A DNA stretch of 64,000 nucleotides from an uncultured bacterium (GTDB lineage Bacteria; Armatimonadota; Abditibacteriia; Abditibacteriales; Abditibacteriaceae): the NCBI GenBank assembly GCA_963843795.1, contig CAWJLW010000006.1:1-64000 (forward strand), given 5' to 3'. The notes under the pieces were generated by a model, which worked only from the letters and a program-made list of their open reading frames with translations, had not been told where the DNA came from and did no database searches. The position numbers and the translations under genes were made by a program. Shown here in pieces: positions 54,883 to 64,000 of this stretch. Within the stretch, counting starts at the first letter, position 1, and every line of letters begins with the position of its first letter.

Positions 54883-55632
54883 CTACGGCTTGTGCGGGTA
54901 ATCAATGCCTAAATCAAAGGTGAAACTTCGGACTGAGGTATCGGAGTTGGTCACTTGAAGCTGATAATCTCCCGTTCTGGGTGCGATCATCGTAAACAGC
55001 TTGCCCGAAGCCACCTGCTTGCCGGCAAAATTGGGGGTCAGTTTGGCGTCCTGACTTCTGGGCGTAATGGTAAAGGCGATTTCCTGTCCCTTTTGGGCGG
55101 CAAAGACAAACCGTTTGACGCCCTTGGCTGGAACGCTCTTTTCCAGATTGACCTCGATGCTGTTTTGAGGAAAGCGAATGCGTTCGGTGGACGAAGCCTT
55201 GGCCTTAGCCTTGACGGCTCTGGCTGAAGATTTGGTTGGTCTCGAAGAATCTTTTGCGTCTTCCAGGCTGAAACCGATGCGAAAACTCGTGGCTTTGTTG
55301 CTGTTGTTGAGAACCGTGAGAGTGTAGTCTTTCGAAACCTCGATAGGCATTCTCATCGGCTCAGTATTGGCTTCGACCGAAAACTTTCCCAAATCCATTG
55401 AGCCGACACCGGTATCATCAACAAAACTTAAGGAAAGCTTCTGACCTTTGCGGGCAGTGAAAACATACGTCCTACTGCTTTTGGCGGGAACTGCTGCCTC
55501 CCACACGAGATGACGACCTTCTGTGGCCCAATCAATCCGTTTGGGGGCCTGTGCTTGAATGCAAGGAGGGGCCACCGTGAACACTCCAATGGCCATCGCA
55601 ACTGATAAAAACTTTGTCGTCTTGTTTTTCAT
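54883..55632 (-). CDS. Secreted two-domain beta-sandwich (PPC-like) protein
   Basis: Signal peptide; repeated (Y/F)VF.A.KGQ motif; TGDYQLQV. Confidence 0.7.
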   Translation of the reverse strand: MKNKTTKFLSVAMAIGVFTVAPPCIQAQAPKRIDWATEGRHLVWEAAVPAKSSRTYVFTARKGQKLSLSFVDDTGVGSMDLGKFSVEANTEPMRMPIEVSKDYTLTVLNNSNKATSFRIGFSLEDAKDSSRPTKSSARAVKAKAKASSTERIRFPQNSIEVNLEKSVPAKGVKRFVFAAQKGQEIAFTITPRSQDAKLTPNFAGKQVASGKLFTMIAPRTGDYQLQVTNSDTSVRSFTFDLGIDYPHKP

Positions 55633-55760
55633 ACCATACTCACCTCGTTTAGTAATCCGATAGTAGTTCGGTTAAAAACTGTGTTTTCGCTCGTCATTAT
55701 ACTTAAGTCATCCACGCTGCCTACATTGCTTAATGACCAATCTTTTTTGTTAAAACGGGG

Positions 55761-55812
55761 TGGTCTGCTACCCATAAATCGAAACAAATAAAGATTAGAC
55801 TCAGAACCTGAA
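55761..55812 (-). mobile_element. Solo IS3-like terminus
   Basis: Reverse complement closely matches 62533-62584 and ends in GCAGACCA. Confidence 0.65.
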
Positions 55813-55879
55813 AAGGGCGATAAATGGCCTGTCACCTATTATGATCCATTGAGTGCCAGAGAACTCCCAGAATCCTCGC

Positions 55880-56209
55880 TTCTTGAATGGGAAGCTTGTC
55901 AGGCATAAAATCACTTTTGACGGTCACCCCAGAATCATCCTGTTTTGAGTGCGAGCTTACTGGCTACAACTCATCAAAAGCCGCTGCATCAATTCGATGC
56001 AGCGGCTTTTGCAAGTACTTGCAAGGGGCTTTTACCCTCAAAATGGTTTACGATAAGCCATGCTAAAGACAGTTTATAGCCATATTTCAGTGAACTAACT
56101 CGAACCTTACCTTAAATGAATAAAGGTCCGGATGGTAAAGGCCACACTCGGTACTTGTTTTCCGTATTTGTTGGCTTTACATGTTGGGGAGAGATCAACA
56201 GCTTTTCCC
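55880..56209. repeat. Dispersed repeat copy B
   Basis: CTTGAATGGGAAGCTTG, AGCCGCTGCATC..GATGCAGCGGC hairpin, TTGCAAGTACTTGCAA and the 155-bp block, matching 38070-38354. Confidence 0.8.
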
Positions 56210-56314
56210 CCCAGTATTCTTGGGTTGGCTTATAATAGGTCATCTGTGCTTTTTGCAGACAAACTTCATGGAGAACCTTTACCTTTAGGTGAATGAACTG
56301 GCGTAGCAGATCAG

Positions 56315-57684
56315 GGGGGTGTCAGAAAGATTGTGTAAACGGCAGTTAAACTGAATGTCACAGGAGAAACAGATGCCATCGACACGCCGCAAGCCAGCCG
56401 CCAAAAAGCCAAAGCCCGAAGCACCCGTTTTTGACCCCGAAGCCCTCGATCAACTGCTCGAAGGGCACCGCACGCCCGAAGCCTTCTTCGGTGCCAACGG
56501 CTTGCTCGACCAACTCAGCAAAGCCCTGCTCGAACGCGCTTTGCAGGGCGAGATGACGCATCATCTGGGCTACGAGAAGCACGATCCCGCCGGCCACAAC
56601 TCCGGCAACTCGCGTAACGGCACTTCGCCCAAAACCGTCAAAGGCAAACGCGGCCAGGTGCAGATCGAAGTGCCGCGCGACCGCAACAGCGAGTTCGAGC
56701 CGCAACTCATCCCCAAAGGCCAGAGCCGCATTGACGGCTTCGATGAGCGGGTGCTTTCGCTCTATGCGCGTGGCTTATCGGTGCGCGAGATTCAAGCCCA
56801 TCTCGAAGAGATTTACGGCACTCAGGTTTCGCCCGATCTGATCTCGACAGTGACCGATGCCGTGCTGGACGAAGTGCGGGCGTGGCAAGTGCCGTGGCAA
56901 TCCGGCCCCTGGATGCGCTTTATCCCATCGTCTATCTGGATGCCTTGCAGGTCAAGATCAAAAGCGACGGGCGCATCGCAAACAAAGCGATCTACCTGGC
57001 CATCGGCATCAACCTGCAAGGCCACAAGGAAGTGCTGGGACTGTGGGCGGCGCAAAATGAAGGCGCCAAGTTCTGGCTGGGCGTGGTGACCGAACTCAAG
57101 AACCGCGGCGTGCAGGACATCTTCATCGCCTGCGTCGATGGACTCAAAGGCTTTCCCGAAGCCATCGAAGCGGTCTTTCCGCAGACGCAGGTGCAGCTTT
57201 GTCTGGTGCATCTGGTGCGCTACTCGCTGGCTTTTGTTTCCTTCAAAGATCGCAAAGCCGTGGCCGCCGATCTCAAAGCCATTTATCAGGCGACCACCGC
57301 ACAAGAAGCCGAGCAGCGGCTTGGAAGAGTTTGCGCGCAAGTGGGATGAGCAGTATCCGCTGATCGCCAAGTCGTGGCGCAGCCAACTGGGCGCGCCTGG
57401 TGCCGATGTTTGGCTATCCACCGGAGATCCGCCGTGCCGTTTACACCACCAACACCATCGAATCGCTGAACATGAGCCTGCGCAAAATCATCAAGACCCG
57501 CGCCAGCTTTCCCGCGACGAGGCGGCGTTTAAACTGCTCTATCTGGCGCTGCAAAACATCCAGAAGAAGTGGACGATGCCGATTCCCAACTGGGGCCGTG
57601 CCTTGAACGCTTTGGCCATTCTCTTTGAAGAGAGGATGCCCACCAACTTACTCAGCTCGTTTACACAGAACTTCTGACACCCCC
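56315..57684 (+). mobile_element. IS256-family element, transposase frameshifted several times
   Basis: IRs GGGGGTGTCAGAAAGATTGTGTAAAC / GTTTACACAGAACTTCTGACACCCCC; ERALQGEMTHHLGY, NSRNG, VPRDRNSEFEP, IACVDGLKGF, YTTNTIES. Confidence 0.93.
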
Positions 57685-57709
57685 GTTGACACAATCTATC
57701 TGACACCTT

Positions 57710-57961
57710 CTACCGTGGGCTCGTCGATTCAGGTCGCATTGTTTATGGCGCCACTTTTGGTCATCTGTCGCATTTCACCCCCCATCCGATGAATGTGGTA
57801 TTTTCCATCCGCTGAAATTAATCGCCATCGCGAGCGTGGCATTTGCGGTCAATGCCATCGCGCAAGATGGTGAAATCACACGGTTCGAAGGCGTCTTGCT
57901 ACTGGTGGTTTACCTGTTGTTCGCGATGGCATTCTTTTACGTCACGCCCGCTACCTCATAA
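57710..57961 (+). pseudogene. Ca2+/H+ antiporter (CaCA/ChaA-like) C-terminal fragment
   Basis: Hand translation [30 protein letters not shown]; truncated upstream by IS256 ends. Confidence 0.7.
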
Positions 57962-58029
57962 CGACTTCACGAAGACCTCATAACGAGTCAAAATGGCCTG
58001 GCAAGTGCTTGCCAGAGTTGCCAGGCCAT

Positions 58030-59520
58030 TTTGATGCGCGTTTAGCCACAATGCACGCTTTCCAATTCCGAATTCGCCACCGAACTCCAGCGTCAGCGCT
58101 GCGATGCCATGGGGCGGGATTTCCACGCTGAAACTGACTTCGCCGTTTTTAAATTCAAATTCCAAACTTTCGGGCACCATCTGCGATGCGGCTTGCAGCC
58201 ATTGATGTTCGCGCGCGTTGGGATAAGCCGGTGGCCCAACTCCCACAAACCGTGCGCGTTAGCGTGATTATCATCAATGCGCTCGATTACCAAGCAGCGC
58301 GGGCGCGCTAAATGACTCAGTTTCAATTGCACGTTTTTGACTCGCGATTTCATGGCGCGGGATGCGTGATTGCACAACAAAATTGTGGCGCGCTGGGCAT
58401 TTGAATCGCGAAGGCACCAGGCCTCAACCGTCGCGTGCTCGCCGCTGAGTGGCAATTGTTCCTCGCCCAGCCGGTGCAACAGTTCAAAGGCGCGATAAGC
58501 GGGCTTGGCGATATTATGCATGGTGAGCAAACCAAAGCCGCCTTGAAAGGCGCGGTCGGGCATCTGGTTTTCGACGAAAATATCGCTGAATGTCCAAATC
58601 GAATAGGCATCGACGATGCCTTGCATTTCCATGACGGTTTTAAGGTCGAACGCCGCCGCGTAAGGTTGGTCGTGCAAGTCATCGCGCGGGTTCGAACTGG
58701 AATTCCATTCGGTATAAAACAACGGTTTCGTACCGACCTGTCGGCGCGCGGTTTGAGCTTGTTTGCGCAACATGGCGCGCTCGCCTTGCGCGAGCTTGCT
58801 GATGGTATCGTCGTCGGGTTGTCCCAGCGCATCAGTGGGATAATGATGCGTGGAAACGAAATCACAGGGCAACTCTTCGCGTTCGCAAAACTCGCCGAAT
58901 TCGACGAGCCAAGCGTTTTTAGCCGTCGTCGGACCGCCGACTTGGAGCTTTGAATCGACATTTTTCAAAGCTGTGACAGTGTGTCGATACAATTCGAAAT
59001 ATTGGCTTTGTGTGCCGCTCCAAAAGCTGTCCATATTCGGTTCGTTCCATACTTCGAAATGCCAGCGTCGCACTTCTTCAGCCCCATATCGCGTTATGAG
59101 ATGACGGGCTAGAGTCGTCATCAAATCGTCCCACAAACGCCAATCTCGGGGCGGGGGCACGTTCGAAGCGTAATGCATCACGGTGTGGCTGCCCGAGGCC
59201 AGAGTCGCGGGCATAAATGACAGTTCGAGCCATGGCGTCATACCAATGGACAAAAGAAAATCGAAAATTTGATCAAGGTTGAAAAACGAGTATTGGGTTT
59301 GGTTGCCACGACACAAAATCGTGTCCATCGGCGAGGACAGCAAACCATGAAAGCGCACGCTTTGCATGCCCAACTCGCGATGACAACGCTCGATTTGAGC
59401 TTGCCAATCGGCACGCAAAGCCAGCGGTGCATGACCGCTCCCGATAAGGCGCTCCCAAAAATGTGGAAAAGGCGTGCTGGGGTCAGAAAAATTGCCGGAA
59501 AATGTCGGAGAATTTTGCAT
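58030..59520 (-). CDS. GH39 beta-xylosidase, frameshifts near the C-terminus
   Basis: VRFHGLL, ELSFMP, FEVWNEP (acid/base), DFVSTHHY, FYTEWN (nucleophile), WTFSDIF, GGFGL. Confidence 0.9.
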
Positions 59521-59670
59521 ATGGCCACGAATCGCAACCCGAATGCCGCAAACACCTGCGACGTCCGTAACCGGAAAATCTCGTAAACCAAATGGCGACC
59601 TTACGCTCTTGATGAGCCGGATTGGGAAAGGCCAGCACCTTCGCCGTTGCCAGTACTTGCAACGGTTCAT

Positions 59671-60905
59671 TCAGTATGATTCATCGGATACCGTGCTTGG
59701 GCTCAAATTGGGCGGGATCGTTGATGCGGCGCGCTCTTTTTTAAAACTATATACCCAATGCGTCAGCCAGGCAGTGACGGAAAACGCTACACCTGTCGCG
59801 CACACGCCAGCCCAGCCGGCATAACTCCACGCCAGAGTGCTGCACAACGAGCCGAGGGAGCCGCCCATAAAATAGGCCACCATGTAAACCGTGTTGATAC
59901 GCGAGCGCGCTTCGGGGCGCAGCGCGAAAATGCGAGTCTGGTTGGCGATGTGTGTGGCCTGTATTCCAGCGTCCATGAGCAGCACGCCAATGATCAGGCC
60001 AAAGACGTTGAAACCGAGCAGCCAGAATAAGCCGAAGGAAAGCGCCGTCAAGGCGGCGGAGAAACCGATAACGGCGCGCGAGCCACGCGAATCGGCGATT
60101 TTTCCGGCCACGGGCGCAATCAGCGCGCCCGCCACACCCACCAGTCCGAACAAACCGACAATCTGAGTGGTGTAATGAAATGGCGCACCTTCGAGATGAA
60201 AAGAAATGCTCGTCCAGAACGCCATGAAGGTTGCGAAAACCAGCCCGCCGATCAGCGATGACTCGCGCAAAACAGGCTCTTCTTTGGTCAGATTCCACAT
60301 CGAGCGCATCAAATCGCGAAAGCGAAGCTGGGCAGTCGGCGCGACCTCGGGCAGAGCGCGCGCCAAAACGATGGCTAACACGACAGAAACCGCGCTCGCG
60401 ACCCAAAACATCACACGCCAGCCGAATTGTCCGCCAACGGCTCCGGCGACGACGCGCGCCATCAAAATCCCGAGGAGCAAACCGCTCATCACCGTGCCAA
60501 CGTTTTGACCGCGCTTCTCCGGTTCGGAAAGTTGAGCGACAAGAGGCAGGATCAACTGCGCGGAAACCGAGGCGATGCCAATACCGATACTCGCCAGTTG
60601 AAGCCACGACAGCGAAGGCGAGGCTGCCGCGCACGCAGAAAAGCCGCTTCGACCAGCATCAGTCCAACGATCAAGGGCCGCCGCCGCAAGACATCGCCCA
60701 ACGGTACTAAAAGCAGCAGTCCCAACGTATAACCGACTTGCGTCAGGGTCGAAACCATGCCTGCCGCGCCCGCCGAAGTTCCCAAACTGAGGCGAATCTG
60801 TTCCAGCAACGGTTGCACATAGCAAATGTTGGAGACCGCCGCGCCGCACGCACTGGCTAGCAGAAAAATGAGGCCACGCGTCATTGATGCCGGGGATGTT
60901 CGCAT
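59671..60905 (-). CDS. MFS transporter (YnfM/YgaY-like), frameshift near 60640
   Basis: QVGYTLGLLLLVPLGDV.RRR; GTVMSGLLLGIL.AR; ARSRINTVYM..YF.GG. Confidence 0.88.
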
Positions 60906-61044
60906 AAAAATATTTCTTCAAATCTTATATCTGCCTTGCCTTTGCTATCTGCAATAGTTTTGAACCACACGGTTCATTATAGTGCCGGACAAATGGAATT
61001 GCAAGGGTATTGAACTAAATAGTTCAATAAACGATACTAAAAGC

Positions 61045-61612
61045 ATGGGCAGACCAAAAAAGTTCACTCGCGAAGAGGTACTGAAGAAGGCGATTCCGAT
61101 TTTCTGGAGCATGGCTTTGCCGACACCAGCCTCCAAGATTTGGAAAAGGCGACTGGCGTCAATAAATCGGGTTGTACTCGGAGTTCCAGGGCAAGGAAGA
61201 CCTGTATTTGGCGAGTCTTCAGCATTATCTCGACAATCGAGGCACCAAGAAGAAATTGGCTGCCGAGCCGCTGGGCTGGAACAACATCGAGAACTTTCTA
61301 AAAACCGGGCAAACTCGCTTATGGGGCAAGACAGGGTGTTTTGCGACAAACGCGATTCGCGAGTTTGCGGTGTTGCCACCGGAAGCACTGAAAATGATAC
61401 GCGCAAGCCGCGCCCAGTTGAAGCAGATTGTCATCAAAAACATCGAAGCTGAACAGAACAAAATCGCTGCAGAAACAGTGGATGCAGAAACCATTGCCGA
61501 TATTGTAATGACGATTTTTACAGGGCTTTGCTTGGAACAAAATGATAAACCTTCGCGCATTTCATCCGATCGCAAAGTCGAGAGTATCATGCGACTGATT
61601 CGCTCGCTTTGA
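61045..61612 (+). CDS. TetR-family regulator, two frameshifts
   Basis: MGRPKKFTREEVL..A..FW; GFADTSLQDLEKATGVNKSG; YSEFQGKEDLY; GCFATN; divergent from the MFS gene. Confidence 0.85.
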
Positions 61613-61689
61613 GTGCTTTTTACTGGCCGTCTTCCTGGAAACGAGTCCCGCCGATAAGTTAACTTGTTGAGTAAATTACTATCAAATAG

Positions 61690-61790
61690 AAACCATTTTG
61701 GGCGGACAAACTGATGTCGAGAAGGACCTTTAGCGAAGAATAGATCGTACATATGCTGCGATAGGCAGAGGAATGTGAACAGGCAATAGT
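61690..61790 (+). mobile_element. IS3-family OrfA N-terminal remnant
   Basis: Hand translation MSRRTFSEE*IVHMLR*AE. Confidence 0.55.
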
Positions 61791-61808
61791 GTGAGCCAAA
61801 GGAGCTGT

Positions 61809-62405
61809 ATGCCCATCAAGATTGAAGTTTATTCGGATTATGTGTGCCCTTTTTGCCTGCTGGCCAAAGCGCCCTTGCAGGAAGCAATCGAGGGACAAGA
61901 TGTCGAAATCGAGTGGATGCCGTTTGAACTTCGTCCCTATCCCGAACCGACGCTGCGGCCCGAAGACCCGTACTTGCCGACAGTGTGGAATCGCGCGGTG
62001 TATCCGATGGCGAAGGAATTGGGCGTGGAGATTCAACTGCCCACAGTTTCGCCCCAGCCCTACACCGCACTGGCATTCGAGGGCTATCAGCACGCCAGAG
62101 CCTGTGGACCGGAAATGGCCACGGCTTATAACGACCGCTTGTTGCCCGCGTTTTTTCAGGAAAATCAGGACATCGGCAACCTTGAAGTGCTAACGCAACT
62201 GGCGCAAGAGGTTGGTCTAGAGGCGAGCGAATTTCGCTGGTCGCTGGAAGAGCATCGTTATCGCGCGGCTCACCAAGCGGCGTTGCGGCACGCCAACGAC
62301 CTGGGCATTCACTCAGTCCCAACCTTTGTCATTGGCAACCAGATGTTGTCTGGTGTGCATCGCGCTCACACCTTGCGCCAAGCCATTCAAGCCGCTCAAC
62401 AATAA
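61809..62405 (+). CDS. DsbA/FrnE-family oxidoreductase
   Basis: YSDYVCPFC, PFELRP, GIHSVPTF. Confidence 0.92.
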   Translation: MPIKIEVYSDYVCPFCLLAKAPLQEAIEGQDVEIEWMPFELRPYPEPTLRPEDPYLPTVWNRAVYPMAKELGVEIQLPTVSPQPYTALAFEGYQHARACGPEMATAYNDRLLPAFFQENQDIGNLEVLTQLAQEVGLEASEFRWSLEEHRYRAAHQAALRHANDLGIHSVPTFVIGNQMLSGVHRAHTLRQAIQAAQQ

Positions 62406-62532
62406 ATCGAGCCGCTTAGACGCGCTCTCTCTCTCGCTTCTATACCTGGGACACCGCCAACTCTGCGGAAAACTCCACACGCAATTGGATGGAATAGGGG
62501 TGTAAGGTCAATTCGACTCCTTGGTGAACCTC

Positions 62533-62584
62533 TTCAGGCCCTGAGTCTAATCTTAAATTGTTCCGATTTATGGGGAGCAGACCA
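62533..62584 (+). mobile_element. Solo IS3-like terminus
   Basis: Matches the reverse complement of 55761-55812. Confidence 0.65.
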
Positions 62585-62590
62585 GAACCC

Positions 62591-64000
62591 TTAAGGCGCT
62601 AAGTACTTGATTTGAATAGTAACACCATAGACCTTCACTTGGTCTTTCATAGACTCATTAGTGTTTAATCCATTGATATACAAGTCAACGTAGTTGCCCG
62701 CCAACGGATTAATAGTGCTTAACACCGCCGGGCTTTCGCTGCTCATCACCCCATTACCTGGTTCCGTTGGTGTGACAGCACCAACACGAGCTAAGTCGTT
62801 CTTGCCGTCGCCAGTATAGCTTTCAAGATAAGGAGAAGGTTCTCCCAAGGTCACACTGGCGCCGTCATCATAACTGGAAACAAGCCCAATAACCCTATCT
62901 CTTTGATCACGCTCATGGGCACACCGATGTTATATTTGTACCAGCGGTTCTGCTGTTCTCCGCCTGCCCATTACCAACTATGACCCCGTTAGCTGTGTAG
63001 GTATAATAGCTGTAAACGGCCAGCTCTAGACTGGCTATGTTGTTGCTGGTAGTACTTTCACCCGTCAGCACGACCGCTTCTGCGAAAAGCTTGTGCGTGC
63101 CGAATCCTGCGGTGTCCAAGTGATCTGCACTGTCTTCGAGACACCTGGCGCGAGCGCGTCGATCGTGGCTGTGCCGATGACGGAATCGCTATCGCGGAAG
63201 GTAACTGCATGATTAGTGGCCGTGGTGCTGCCAGAGTTGTTTGTCACAGTCGCATTTAGTACAACACTGTCTCCAACACCTGGAGTGGTAGGATTTGCAC
63301 TCAAGCTCTCAATAAGTAAGTCTGGAGCGACGGTAGTAGCAAACACCTGATCGGAGGGAGCACTCTCACCGGCGTTGTTCACCGCAGTAACTGTGTAGTG
63401 ATAGGTGGTGCTATCAGAGAGATCACGGTCTGTATAGGTGGTATCAACTACGTTCGTGGCAATGGGAGTCGGGTCTTGTGCACCTGCAGCAGTGCCACGA
63501 TAAATTTTGTAGCTGTTAGCACCTGAACTGGCCGTCCAATTGAGTTCGATGTTTCCCCGGCCTCCTAGAGCCGACGGGTTGGTGGGCGCGGCGGGTATTG
63601 CAGAATTCACTTTCTTGGACGAGACAGCAAAGTTATCCAGATAAGCCACGCCTTTTTCACTGTCTACGGTCGCCGGTTGCCCACGTAAGTTGCGATGTTA
63701 ATATTGGATAAGGCCCTAGCTGTGCCGTCACGAAAGCCTCGGTGCGCAGAAGCTTATTATCGGTTGAGACAGAGTAGTGCTGGTTAACAAAATCTATCTC
63801 CAGCGTGAAGTGATGATAAACACCACGGGACACGACCTTTCCTGTCGAGCGCAACTGACCAGTCCCGCTTTCAACGTAGAGGACCTCACCTGTGGCGGCA
63901 TCTACTGAAAAGGCGCCAATAAATTGGTTGCCATTGCGGGCCTCGATGCCAAAGGCTGGGCCGAAGGAGAATCCTGAAAGATTCACTCGCATATCAACAT
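62591..64000 (-). CDS. C-terminal part of a large extracellular protein (beta-sandwich, Fn3 and CARDB domains), fragmented by frameshifts; starts beyond the window
   Basis: Fn3: LNWTASSGANSYKIYRG...YHYTVTAVNNAGES; CARDB: PDLLIESL...ATVTNN...LAPG. Confidence 0.75.

Overview
A moderately GC-rich bacterial window. The 16S sequence and gene content suggest an Abditibacteriota/Armatimonadota-like lineage (inference only). It has three zones. (1) 0-12.6 kb: secreted carbohydrate-active enzymes (malectin-GH3, GH97, GH31, GH29-like), an epimerase and pcp. (2) 12.9-28.3 kb: housekeeping genes (GH57-like, TPR protein, pckG, M48 peptidase, tRNA-Ser/Arg/Arg/Arg followed by tadA), a stand-alone 16S rRNA gene with no 23S, an SplB-like radical SAM gene and tRNA-Ile. 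(3) 28.4-64 kb: an island-like region starting with a tyrosine integrase beside tRNA-Ile. It holds an Opp/Dpp-type ABC importer with a fused SBP-permease, more glycoside hydrolases (GH3, GH42-like, GH9, GH43, GH39) and many IS3/IS256 remnants. The most striking unexplained signal is the 12-bp palindrome GCAAGTACTTGC. I counted 17 exact copies by eye (about 0.004 expected by chance) plus about 10 near-copies. It occurs between genes, inside coding regions in different reading frames, and as the centre of loop-less perfect palindromes of 32-48 bp whose outer arms differ from copy to copy. It is densest in the housekeeping zone. This resembles a HIP1-like or uptake-sequence-like genome-marking system that I do not recognise as described. 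Many single-base frameshifts probably reflect long-read consensus errors rather than true pseudogenes.
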